Positions 1 through 9,162 of a stretch of 47,288 nucleotides of DNA are shown one piece after another. This DNA comes from a virus (lineage: Duplodnaviria; Caudoviricetes). A program made the translations under genes and the position numbers. Under the pieces are notes generated by a model that was given only the letters and a program-made list of their open reading frames with translations, ran no database searches and was not told the DNA's origin. The stretch is from positions 1-47,288 of IMG/VR virus record IMGVR_UViG_3300030372_000565, one strand, 5' to 3'. Within the stretch, counting starts at the first letter, position 1, and each line of letters begins with the position of its first letter.

Positions 1-1782
1 ATAGCTGATGATGCAATTAATTCAGAACACTACACAGATGGCTCTATTGATACTGCCCACATAGCTGATGACCAAGTTACACAGGCAAAGATAGCAGATG
101 ATGCCGTAGGAGCAGACCAATTAGCTGCAAGTGCAGTAGTAACAGCTTCCATAGTAGATGACAACGTAACCACAGCTAAAATTGCTGATGGGAATATATC
201 CACTGCTTTATTAGCCGATACTGCAGTAACCTCTGCGAAATTAGCCAACAACATAGACATAGCAGGAACTTTTGATGTAACAGGTGCTACTACGTTGGAC
301 GCAGCTTTAACTGTGGACACAACAACGCTAGTGGTAGATGCTTCTAATAATAGAGTTGGTATAGGAACTGCGAGTCCTACTAGAACATTAGATATTAACC
401 ATGCTTCAACTGCACCAGACTTGAGATTGGGTTGTGATGGTAATGATAGGTCATTAATTATACTTGATGCAGATAGAAGCACAGAAGCAGACCCTTTAGG
501 CACTATAGTTTGGAGATGGAATAATACTGATACTGCAGTAATAGAGTCTCGTGCAGGTGCTGATACCACAAATAAAGATGATGGTGGTTTAACCTTTATG
601 ACAAGAACATCAGGTAGTGCATTAGCAGACGCTATGACTATTACTTCAGATGGAAACGTAGGAATAGGTATTACAACTCCAAATGAAAGTGGTTTTGGAG
701 CAACTTCAAATGTGCTTTCAATAGCAGGAACTGCTCAAGATGCTTTTGGTGTATTAGAACTAATAAGCACTGATGTAACAAGCAGTAATAGAATTGGTGA
801 AATTAGATTTGGTAATTTAGATGCAGGAAGTTCTTTTGCTTCAAATGCAGGTATTCGTGCAACTAGAGATGGAGCAGATAATTCAAGTGCTTTATCTTTG
901 TGGTATAGCAATGCAGGTACTTTTGCAGAAGGAATAACTCTTAAATCTGATGGAAACGTAGGTATAGGAAATAGTAATCCCAAACATCCTTTTATTGTTC
1001 ATTTAACAGATGGTGAAATAGCCATGTTTGGTAGTAACGGAATGAACTCAGTAGGTGCTTATTGTGGTATTGGGATAGGACAAGTTTTAGCTAATAACAC
1101 TACTTACCAAAAAATACAAATAGTTGCAGAAGGCAGAGATAATGGAAACTATGTGCAGGATTTACATTTCTTAGTAGATATAGCAGCAGATGCTAATAGT
1201 GCAGCTTTAGCTGATGCTAAAATGACAATTTCAGGAGCAAATGGATTTGTAGGTATAGGAACTACGACTCCTACATATAGACAATTAACAATTAATTCAT
1301 CAAGCGGAGATTCAGGACATACTTTTGAAGTAGGAGGTACTAGATATTGGAATACAACTGTAGATACAGCAGGGAGTCCAGGCTCAAATTCATATTGGAT
1401 AGGAGATGCAGAAGATGATAATGGTGTTTACGTTGGACAGGGTGGTTCTTCATGGTCAGGTATTTCAGATGAAAGACTAAAAAGAAATTGGACAAATATA
1501 GTAAACGCTACAGATAAAATTAAAACACTTACAAAAGTAGGAACTTTTCAAAGACGAGGTAAATCCACTGGAAAATGGTCTGATAATAGAGAAGTAGGTT
1601 TATCAGCACAAGAAGTAGAAGCAATACTACCTGAAGTTGTAACAACAGGTGGGGATATAGAATTTGCATCTGACGATAAGGTAACAGGTGTTAAGGGGTT
1701 GTCTTATGAAAAGCTAGTTCCTTTATTAGTGAAATCAATTCAAGAACTAGAAGCAAGAATTAAAACACTAGAAGATAGCTAA
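1..1782 (+). CDS. Fibre/tailspike protein, 5'-truncated, with C-terminal peptidase S74 intramolecular chaperone
   Basis: Frame is open from base 1 (IADDAINSEHYTDGSIDTAHIADD..., ~10-aa repeats) into the listed 295..1782 ORF; GNVGIG repeats; SDERLKRN...GLSAQEV...YEKLVPLLVKSIQELEARI. Confidence 0.85.
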   Translation: MADDAINSEHYTDGSIDTAHIADDQVTQAKIADDAVGADQLAASAVVTASIVDDNVTTAKIADGNISTALLADTAVTSAKLANNIDIAGTFDVTGATTLDAALTVDTTTLVVDASNNRVGIGTASPTRTLDINHASTAPDLRLGCDGNDRSLIILDADRSTEADPLGTIVWRWNNTDTAVIESRAGADTTNKDDGGLTFMTRTSGSALADAMTITSDGNVGIGITTPNESGFGATSNVLSIAGTAQDAFGVLELISTDVTSSNRIGEIRFGNLDAGSSFASNAGIRATRDGADNSSALSLWYSNAGTFAEGITLKSDGNVGIGNSNPKHPFIVHLTDGEIAMFGSNGMNSVGAYCGIGIGQVLANNTTYQKIQIVAEGRDNGNYVQDLHFLVDIAADANSAALADAKMTISGANGFVGIGTTTPTYRQLTINSSSGDSGHTFEVGGTRYWNTTVDTAGSPGSNSYWIGDAEDDNGVYVGQGGSSWSGISDERLKRNWTNIVNATDKIKTLTKVGTFQRRGKSTGKWSDNREVGLSAQEVEAILPEVVTTGGDIEFASDDKVTGVKGLSYEKLVPLLVKSIQELEARIKTLEDS

Positions 1783-1823
1783 TGTATGATGCTAAACTAT
1801 ATTTTTAACTTAGGAGAAAAGAC

Positions 1824-2159
1824 ATGGTAGATACCAAAGACAATTCAAAAGAAGAACCTAAATTTACGTTTAGTTATGACAAAGATGGTGAGATATTAGA
1901 AGTAGATGCAAATACTTTTTCACCTGAAGGTCAGCAAATTTATCTTGACCTCATTGATGACCAAGAAGATGAAAAACAAATAGCTAAAAATTTACGCAGG
2001 ACTAATACAAAGCTAAATGATTTAAGAAATGGCATGAAACTTAGAACTGCATGGATTATGGAAAATGAAATCAATAAAACTGAAGAACCTAACATAGAAG
2101 ATATTGAAGGAGTAGAAGTTATAGATGAATCAGGAGACGACACAAAAACCAAGCAGTGA
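1824..2159 (+). CDS. Hypothetical acidic coiled-coil protein following the fibre gene
   Basis: ORF with AGGAG RBS. Confidence 0.6.
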   Translation: MVDTKDNSKEEPKFTFSYDKDGEILEVDANTFSPEGQQIYLDLIDDQEDEKQIAKNLRRTNTKLNDLRNGMKLRTAWIMENEINKTEEPNIEDIEGVEVIDESGDDTKTKQ

Positions 2160-2322
2160 TGTAAGTGCATTAGAATTGCACGAACAAATATGTGCTATAA
2201 GGTATGAAAACCTAGAAAAAAGGCTTGAATCAGGCTCGGCTAGGTTTATAAGAATGGAGTACCTTATATGGGGTTTGTATGGGGTAGCTATAACATCAGG
2301 TATATTTGGAGCATTAGTATAA
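2125..2322 (+). CDS. Small coiled-coil protein with C-terminal TM helix
   Basis: HEQICAIRY, coiled coil, hydrophobic C-terminus; stop overlaps next ATG. Confidence 0.6.
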   Translation: MNQETTQKPSSDVSALELHEQICAIRYENLEKRLESGSARFIRMEYLIWGLYGVAITSGIFGALV

Positions 2323-2975
2323 TGGCAGGATTAGTAGTAACCACAGAACCAACAGCAGAACCTTTATCCTTACAAGAGGTAAAAGAATATTTAAGGGTAG
2401 ATGATGCTACTGATGAAAGGGTAGTACAACCTATGATTGTAGCTGCAAGGCAATTTGCAGAGTCCTACATGAACAGAGCCATAATGCAACAAACATTAAC
2501 GCTTACTGTAGATACAGCCTTAGATACAGAAAACCCACTATGGGAAGGCATGAGAACTGCACCTGATATTAACTACTACAAGAATTACGTTATATTGCCT
2601 AAATCACCAGTGCAAAGTGTAACGTCTTTAAAAACATACAACGACAGTGATACAGCAACCACAATGGCTGCAACCAAATACTACGTTGATACAGCAAGAG
2701 AGCCTTCAAGAATAGTTTTAAGAACAGGCGAAACCTTCCCTACAGCTTTACGAGTGGCTAACGCTATTGAAGTTGTTTATGTAGCAGGCTATACAAATGC
2801 CTATACTGTTCCTGAGCCTATTCGTTTAGGTATGTTGCAACACATAGCCTATATGTATGAGCATAGAGGGGATATGTATGAATCGCAAGGTGCTCCAACA
2901 TTAATGAAAAATCTATACGCTCCTTACGTTGTGCATGGTGGTCTAGGTTCAAGTACATTAATGGCAGTTGGGTAA
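2322..2975 (+). CDS. Head-tail connector/adaptor (HK97 gp6 / SPP1 gp15-like)
   Basis: EPLSLQEVKEYLRVD, YVAGY, VPEPIRLGMLQHIAYMYEHR; start moved to ATG 2322 (TAATG coupling). Confidence 0.88.
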   Translation: MAGLVVTTEPTAEPLSLQEVKEYLRVDDATDERVVQPMIVAARQFAESYMNRAIMQQTLTLTVDTALDTENPLWEGMRTAPDINYYKNYVILPKSPVQSVTSLKTYNDSDTATTMAATKYYVDTAREPSRIVLRTGETFPTALRVANAIEVVYVAGYTNAYTVPEPIRLGMLQHIAYMYEHRGDMYESQGAPTLMKNLYAPYVVHGGLGSSTLMAVG

Positions 2976-3298
2976 TGAGCATAGGAAAGATGCGATTTGA
3001 AATACAGTTGCAAAAACCCACAAATACTAGAGATGCAGGTGGTGGATTAACTGAAGCATGGACTACCCTCACTAATTTATGGGCTGATATAAAGCCCCTT
3101 AGAGGAGCAGAAACCTATAGGCAGGGTCAAGTACAAGAAAAGACAACTCATTTAATTACGATACGTTATAGGCGAGATATAGGCACTAATTATCGCATAC
3201 TGTACGATAGTGATAACTACAACATAAAAAACATTAAAAATCTTGATAACAGAGACAGATTCTTAGAGTTAGAGTGTGAATTAGGAGTTGCAATCTAA
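2975..3298 (+). CDS. Head closure/stopper (SPP1 gp16-like)
   Basis: IGKMRFEIQLQ, DAGGG, WADIKPLRGAE, ITIRYR; position. Confidence 0.88.
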   Translation: MSIGKMRFEIQLQKPTNTRDAGGGLTEAWTTLTNLWADIKPLRGAETYRQGQVQEKTTHLITIRYRRDIGTNYRILYDSDNYNIKNIKNLDNRDRFLELECELGVAI

Positions 3299-3738
3299 TG
3301 GCTAAAAGTGGAATAAAGAATTTAAAGGCTTTTCAAAATAAACTAAAGAAAAGAATGGTTACTAATCCTGAGAAACATTTAAAAGGGTTAGTGCAAAGAA
3401 GTACATCATTAGTTGAAGGCACAGCCAAAGAAAGTATTGCAAGTGGCAGTCCGTCAGGAAGAACTTACGAAAAATACAATCCTAGAAGAACACATACAGC
3501 TTCTGCATCAGGTCAACCGCCTGCTAGTGATACAGGTTTTTTAGTACAGAACATAACCAGTCAAGTTAAATCAGAAGGCACTAAAGTTATAGGTCAAATT
3601 GTTGCTTCTGCTCCTTATGCCAAACCTTTAGAGTTTGGAACTTCACAAATGTCAGCAAGACCATTTATGCAACCTGCACTTAATAAGAATAGAGCAAAAA
3701 TAAATAGAATATTTGAAGCAGGAGGTTATCTTAAATAA
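3298..3738 (+). CDS. HK97 gp10-like neck/tail completion protein
   Basis: SASGQPPASDTGFL, YAKPLEFGTSQMSARPFMQPA. Confidence 0.88.
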   Translation: MAKSGIKNLKAFQNKLKKRMVTNPEKHLKGLVQRSTSLVEGTAKESIASGSPSGRTYEKYNPRRTHTASASGQPPASDTGFLVQNITSQVKSEGTKVIGQIVASAPYAKPLEFGTSQMSARPFMQPALNKNRAKINRIFEAGGYLK

Positions 3739-4142
3739 TGGCTATAGGTCAATTTGCATTACAGTCAGCTATTTATAGTAGATTAAATGGCGATAATACT
3801 CTTACCTCTACACACGGAGCAGGGGTATATGATGAAGTGCAAGAAGGAAACAGCTATCCTTTTATAACTATAGGTGAAGAAACAGCCATAGATTACAGCA
3901 CCAAAGACGTAGATGGTGGGGAACTAACAATCAATATTCATGTTTGGTCTCAATACAAAGGGAGCAAAGAAACTAAAACAATCATGGACAGGATTCATGA
4001 TTTGTTGCATGATTACAGTCTTACTGTTACTGGATATAACCTAATTAATAGCAGGTTTGAATACAGCGACATTATGAGAGACCCTGATGGGGTCACTAGG
4101 CACGGAGTTATGCGATTCCGTGCAGTTATATTAGGTACTTAA
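3738..4142 (+). CDS. Tail terminator (DUF3168-like)
   Basis: LQSAIYSRL, VYD, YPFITIG, IHVWS, RHGVMRFR. Confidence 0.85.
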   Translation: MAIGQFALQSAIYSRLNGDNTLTSTHGAGVYDEVQEGNSYPFITIGEETAIDYSTKDVDGGELTINIHVWSQYKGSKETKTIMDRIHDLLHDYSLTVTGYNLINSRFEYSDIMRDPDGVTRHGVMRFRAVILGT

Positions 4143-4235
4143 TTAACTACTAACTACCGAAGTAACAAGGTTGGCAGATGCCTTTTTTATTAATTAGAAG
4201 GTAATTAAATACTACCTTCATAATTGGAGCATAAT

Positions 4236-4649
4236 ATGGCAGCACAGAAAGGTAGTGCTATGTTAATGAAAGTAGGGAACGCAGGTTCTCCTGAAACTTT
4301 CACAACAATAGCAGGTTTAAGGTCAACAAGTCTTACAGTTAATAATGAATCCGTAGATGTTACTAATAAGGACAGTTCTAACAAAAGAACTTTATTAGCA
4401 GCAGCAGGAGTTCAATCTATTAGTGTTTCAGGCAGTGGTGTATTCACTGATGGAGCAAGTGAAGCAACTTTAAAGACAAACGCTTTAGCAGACACACAGA
4501 ACAATTACCAATTCTTAGTTCCTGATTTCGGTACATTTACAGGTGCTTTCCAAGTTACTTCCCTAGAATATGCAGGTGAGTACAACGGAGAGGTAACTTA
4601 CAGTGTATCTTTTGAAAGTGCAGGTACTATTACATTCGCTACAGTCTAA
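4236..4649 (+). CDS. Major tail tube protein (TP901-1/GTA family)
   Basis: MAAQKG, IAGLRS, VDVT, SVSGSGVF, PDFGTFTGAFQVTSLEYAG. Confidence 0.92.
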   Translation: MAAQKGSAMLMKVGNAGSPETFTTIAGLRSTSLTVNNESVDVTNKDSSNKRTLLAAAGVQSISVSGSGVFTDGASEATLKTNALADTQNNYQFLVPDFGTFTGAFQVTSLEYAGEYNGEVTYSVSFESAGTITFATV

Positions 4650-4651
4650 TC

Positions 4652-4897
4652 ATGGCTTGGGAGCAGGTAAAAGTTAAAGGCAGTAAAGGTGACATCCCTG
4701 CTATGATTAATGGGGATGTCCTTGAAGTAGCCAATCAGTTAGGAAAAGACCCATCTGAAGTTAAGGTAGATGGTAAGTCCTATAAGGTGTTATCTAGTTC
4801 AGTAGATGAAAGAGATGACATTATTACAATCAAACTTGCAATGGCAAGTACAAATAAGGAGAAGTCAGATGACAAACCCACTAAAGGGCGAGATTGA
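4652..4897 (+). CDS. Small hypothetical protein in tail operon
   Basis: ORF packed between tube and chaperone genes. Confidence 0.55.
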   Translation: MAWEQVKVKGSKGDIPAMINGDVLEVANQLGKDPSEVKVDGKSYKVLSSSVDERDDIITIKLAMASTNKEKSDDKPTKGRD

Positions 4898-5225
4898 AGT
4901 AACTTTAGGTGAAGAAACCTATAAGGCTAGATTAACTATAGATGCAATTATGAGCATAGAGCAGTCTGTTGGCTGTGGAATCATAAAACTTGCAACTAAA
5001 ATGTCAGAAGGAGATATATCTGTTACAGATATGATAGCAGTATTGCTACCTGCTTTAAGAGGTGGGGGTAATGATTTTGACCAAAGAAAAGTATCTAAAA
5101 TAATACAAGATGCAGGCATAGTGGCTGCTACTTCAGTAGTGGCTAATTTAATTACTACTGTATTAACAGTAGATGATGTAGAGGAAGATTCCGAAAAAAA
5201 GCCACAAGAAGAAGTGAAGGAATAA
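4869..5225 (+). CDS. Tail assembly chaperone G (GTA gp10-like)
   Basis: MTNPLKGEIEVTLG...LRGGG; AAGGAG RBS before ATG 4869. Confidence 0.85.
   Translation: MTNPLKGEIEVTLGEETYKARLTIDAIMSIEQSVGCGIIKLATKMSEGDISVTDMIAVLLPALRGGGNDFDQRKVSKIIQDAGIVAATSVVANLITTVLTVDDVEEDSEKKPQEEVKE
5195..5201 (+). promoter_or_regulatory. Programmed -1 ribosomal frameshift site A AAA AAG producing G-T fusion
   Basis: Slippery heptamer in the chaperone frame; -1 frame is open from 5198 into ORF 5243..5428. Confidence 0.85.
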
Positions 5226-5242
5226 AAGAGGACAGTTTACCA

Positions 5243-5428
5243 GTGAAAAGATTCATGGAAATATGTTTAGGAATGATAGGTTGGACACCTTCAGTCTTTT
5301 GGAACTCCACACTTCAAGAAATATATCCTGCTATAGAAGGTTTTATGGAATTTAATGGTGGGAAACAAGAGAAGCCTATGACAAAAGGTGAACTTGACGA
5401 TTTAATGGAACTATACCCTGACGAATAA
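5243..5428 (+). CDS. Tail assembly chaperone T part, probably made by frameshift
   Basis: GWTPSVFWNST...LMELYPD; directly before tape measure. Confidence 0.8.
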   Translation: MKRFMEICLGMIGWTPSVFWNSTLQEIYPAIEGFMEFNGGKQEKPMTKGELDDLMELYPDE

Positions 5429-7236
5429 TGGCTACAGTAGACGAACTAAAAATACTCATAACGACAGAAACAAAGGGTCTTAAAAAAGGTCTTGCAGATG
5501 TTAATAAAGCCTTAGAAAGAACAGAACAAAAAACAAAAAAAATGAGTGTTGCCTTTGGTGGCATCGGTAAATTAGCTGCTGCTTTAGGTTTAGGCTTAGT
5601 GGCAAAACAAATAGTCAATACGTCAAGAACATTTGAAGATTTAGAAGCAACATTGAGAGCAGTTACAGGTGGTGCGGAAAGTGCTGCCGTATCAATGGAA
5701 CTTGTTAGAAAATTTACTTCAGGTACAACATTTCAACTTCAAAATGTAGCAAGTGCATTTACAACATTAGTTAATGCAGGCATTGCTCCTACAAGTGAAG
5801 TTTTAACAGATTTTGGTAACTTAGCTGCAGGAGCAGGTAAAGACATAACACAACTATCACAAGCTGTTTTTAATGCTACAACAGGCGAAATGGAGATGTT
5901 AAAACAGTTTGGTGTCGTAGCAAGAGTAGAAGGAGATCAGTTAGCGGTCACTTTCAGGGGTAATACAGAAAGAATAGGTAGAGATGCAGATTCAATAGTT
6001 GAGCACTTGAGAGGAATATCAAAAGAAGCCTTTTCTACAGCATTAGAAGAAAGATTAAAAACAGTATCAGGTGTATTCGGAAATTTAAAAGATGAAGTGT
6101 CAGAGTTTTTTGTTGCTATAGGTGAAGGAGGATTGAATGATGTTCTTGTAGAATTAGGTAAAAGCCTTATAGATTTGCTTAAATCATTAAGACCAGTTGC
6201 AAGTTTTATAGGTCAAACATTAAAACTAGCGTTTACCGTTATGGGCACAGCTATTTCATTTGTAATAAGCCAATTAAATACATTGTTGGTAGTTATGGCA
6301 ATATTTGCTGCCAGACAGGCACCAATAATAGCTACTGTAGTTTTAACCAATGCTATGTACGCTTTATCTGTATCAATAAGAACGGTGCGTATAGCTATGT
6401 CTCTATTATCTAAAAACCCTATTACTTTATTCTTTTTAGCTACGGCATTTGGTGTTAGTTGGGCAGCTACCCAATTTGACGCTGTTGCGGAAAAGATTGA
6501 TAAGGTAAAAGATGCTCTAGGTAAATTAGGTGAAAAACTATTTCCAAGCGTAAAAGAAGAAACACAAGATATAACCGAACTTGATAAAGCTATTGAAGAA
6601 TTTATGAGTAAATTAAAAGCAGATATGCCAGTTGCAGTAGAAGAAACAAACGTTGCTTTAGGTGAAATGAAACAAGCTGTTATACAATCATCTAATGCTT
6701 TTACTACAGATTTTGTTAATTCATTATTAGAAGGAGAAAGTGCCTTAGAATCATTTAAAAACTTTGCTAAGAATATAGTTTCTCAAATAATATCTATATT
6801 TTTACAAATGGCTGTAGTGAATAAAATACTGAATAGTATATTTAACGCAGGACTACCTGAAATAAATTTTGGTGGTAACAGAATGTCAAATGCAGAAGCT
6901 ATGCAGATAGATGCTTCGTTAAACACAGGTGTTCATGCAGCAGGTGGTGGAACAATACAGAGAAATACTCCTACACTTGTAGGAGAACGAGGAGCAGAGA
7001 TATTTGTACCTAACACTGGAGGTACTATTATGAACAACATGAACAGTAAGAACGCTATGGGTGGTGGTACTGTCGTTGTTAATCAATCTATAAACTTTGC
7101 AACAGGTGTTGTACCAACAGTAAGAGCAGAAGTTACAAAAATGTTACCTCAAATATCAGATGTAACTAAGGGAGCAGTATTAGAAGCTGCAGTGCGTGGT
7201 GGTTCATTTAGAAAAGGATTAATGGGCGGTGGCTAA
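5428..7236 (+). CDS. Tape measure protein
   Basis: Ala/Gly-rich helical 602 aa; central hydrophobic stretch; C-terminal AAGG...LVGERGAEIFVP. Confidence 0.93.
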   Translation: MATVDELKILITTETKGLKKGLADVNKALERTEQKTKKMSVAFGGIGKLAAALGLGLVAKQIVNTSRTFEDLEATLRAVTGGAESAAVSMELVRKFTSGTTFQLQNVASAFTTLVNAGIAPTSEVLTDFGNLAAGAGKDITQLSQAVFNATTGEMEMLKQFGVVARVEGDQLAVTFRGNTERIGRDADSIVEHLRGISKEAFSTALEERLKTVSGVFGNLKDEVSEFFVAIGEGGLNDVLVELGKSLIDLLKSLRPVASFIGQTLKLAFTVMGTAISFVISQLNTLLVVMAIFAARQAPIIATVVLTNAMYALSVSIRTVRIAMSLLSKNPITLFFLATAFGVSWAATQFDAVAEKIDKVKDALGKLGEKLFPSVKEETQDITELDKAIEEFMSKLKADMPVAVEETNVALGEMKQAVIQSSNAFTTDFVNSLLEGESALESFKNFAKNIVSQIISIFLQMAVVNKILNSIFNAGLPEINFGGNRMSNAEAMQIDASLNTGVHAAGGGTIQRNTPTLVGERGAEIFVPNTGGTIMNNMNSKNAMGGGTVVVNQSINFATGVVPTVRAEVTKMLPQISDVTKGAVLEAAVRGGSFRKGLMGGG

Positions 7237-8095
7237 GTTAGTAGCAATGCCAAGTTCTCCTAATTTTGTTAGGAGTAATTTCAGTTTGTTTAGAGCAATA
7301 GGACAAACAGCATCTCCGTTTACTGGAAAACAACAAACACAAGAATACGATGCAGTGTATTGGACTGCGGATTTAACTTTGCCTGCCATGAACAGAACAC
7401 AGGCTAAAGAATGGCAATCTTTCCTATTGCAATTAAAGGGCACTACAAACCATTTTAAGTTTTGTGACCCTGATGCCCTAACCAACACAGGAGACTTCAA
7501 CCACACGCACCTAATTGGCGAGAATAGGGTGTCTAACACCAACGTAGCCTTAACTGTTACAAATACGAACACATTTACAGCAGGAGCAAGTACATTTGGA
7601 AGTGCAATAGTTGGAGACTTTATTCACGTTACTGGAATGGCTAATGAAGAAAATAACGGAACACATAAAATAACTACAGTAACCAGTGCCACTGTAGTTG
7701 TAGTAGATAGCACATTAACTAATGTAAGTTCTACCAGTGGTTGTAAAGTTCAAATGAATGTTAAAGGTTCAACAGGTTTAAACCTAAAAACATCAGGTAG
7801 TTATACTGGAACTATTAAAAAAGGAGATTATCTAGGAGTTTTGGGTGCAGCTTCAGCTACAGCAGACCCAGTTCAATTAGTTATGGCAGTAGAAGATGCA
7901 GTAGTAACTGATGCTAGTCCTGACCAATTCTCAGTACAAACAGAGCCTAAGTTAAGGTCAACATTAAGTAGTGGTCATTTTGTTCTGTTTCAAGCACCTA
8001 AAGGAAAGTTTAGATTACAAGCTAATACTGTGGATTGGGACGCAGACAGAGCGTCATTATATGGAATAAGTTTTTCTTGTGTTGAGGTAGTGTAA
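7229..8095 (+). CDS. Distal tail (Dit-like) protein with probable inserted beta domain
   Basis: Follows TMP; SPFTGKQQ, W...LTLPAM; Thr-rich internal segment. Confidence 0.65.
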   Translation: MAKLVAMPSSPNFVRSNFSLFRAIGQTASPFTGKQQTQEYDAVYWTADLTLPAMNRTQAKEWQSFLLQLKGTTNHFKFCDPDALTNTGDFNHTHLIGENRVSNTNVALTVTNTNTFTAGASTFGSAIVGDFIHVTGMANEENNGTHKITTVTSATVVVVDSTLTNVSSTSGCKVQMNVKGSTGLNLKTSGSYTGTIKKGDYLGVLGAASATADPVQLVMAVEDAVVTDASPDQFSVQTEPKLRSTLSSGHFVLFQAPKGKFRLQANTVDWDADRASLYGISFSCVEVV

Positions 8096-8733
8096 TGGCT
8101 ACAAGACAAGGTATAGACACAGGAATATCATCAAGACTTGGTGCTGACGAACAAACAATATTTTTTGCAGTAAAAGCTGAATTTGATACTGATGATATAA
8201 GAGTGTGGTCAGGCACAGATGATATTACAGTTGATTCTGAAACATACACAGGGGCAGGCTCTCTGCTTTCAATTAGTGGAGTAGAAGAAGATTTAGAAAT
8301 GAAATCAAGTGGATTGACTATAGCTTTATCAGGCATGGATGCAACAGTGCTTGATTATGCTTTGACAGAAAATTATCAAAATAGACCAATAACTTTATTA
8401 ATGGGTTTTCAAATGGGTGGTTCAAATGAAAGTGCAGGTGAGATGACTTTATTTAAAGGTCGTATGACTGCTTTAACTATAAACGATACCCCTGATGGAG
8501 CAACTATATCTATAGACTGTGAAAATAGATTAGTAGATTTAGAAAGACCTTCTAACCTGAGATACACTATTGAATCACAACATTTTTTACACAGTGGTGA
8601 TACAGGTTTTAACCGAGTACAAGGTTTGCAAGATAAACAAATAGCTTGGGGACAAAAACAAAACTATGATTCTAATGCAGGTGGTGGTAATTATGATTAT
8701 GGTGGTGGACACGATTATCCAAGTATGAGGTAA
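8095..8733 (+). CDS. Baseplate hub / minor tail protein
   Basis: TYTGAGSLLSISGVEE, LFKGRM, RYT..SQ...HSGDTGF..V..LQDKQIAWG. Confidence 0.75.
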   Translation: MATRQGIDTGISSRLGADEQTIFFAVKAEFDTDDIRVWSGTDDITVDSETYTGAGSLLSISGVEEDLEMKSSGLTIALSGMDATVLDYALTENYQNRPITLLMGFQMGGSNESAGEMTLFKGRMTALTINDTPDGATISIDCENRLVDLERPSNLRYTIESQHFLHSGDTGFNRVQGLQDKQIAWGQKQNYDSNAGGGNYDYGGGHDYPSMR

Positions 8734-8736
8734 GTC

Positions 8737-9162
8737 ATGAAGAAAATACCTGACTGGGAAATTGCTTTTGATACCTTCTTAGAAAAACATCTACATACTC
8801 CTTTTCAATGGGGCAAGTGGGACTGCATTATTTTTACAAATGAATTTGTTAAAGCCATGACAAAGGAAAGTGTATTGCCTAAAAGTTGGACATGGAAAAA
8901 CGAAATTGAAGCATTGAAAAAAATAGACAAGTATGGAAAAGGTAAAGGTTTAGTTGCAGGAATAGAAAACGCTATAAAAAAAACAACTGGAATAAAAGAA
9001 GTAAAACCTGCCTTTATCAGAAAAGGAGATTTTGGAGTTTACAAAGAGCAGAGTGAACTGTGTTGTATGTTTGATGGCATGAATGCACTAGGTATAGACA
9101 AAGACGGAATAGTAGTTAAGGACAACGTAAATGTCTTAAAGGCTTGGAGAATAGATGGCTGA
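8737..9162 (+). CDS. NlpC/P60-like tail-associated protein
   Basis: PFQWGKWDC motif; position between hub and tail tip. Confidence 0.75.
   Translation: MKKIPDWEIAFDTFLEKHLHTPFQWGKWDCIIFTNEFVKAMTKESVLPKSWTWKNEIEALKKIDKYGKGKGLVAGIENAIKKTTGIKEVKPAFIRKGDFGVYKEQSELCCMFDGMNALGIDKDGIVVKDNVNVLKAWRIDG

Noticed and set aside
30-983. Minus-strand ORFs 30..569 and 735..983
   Set aside because: Shadows of the fibre gene
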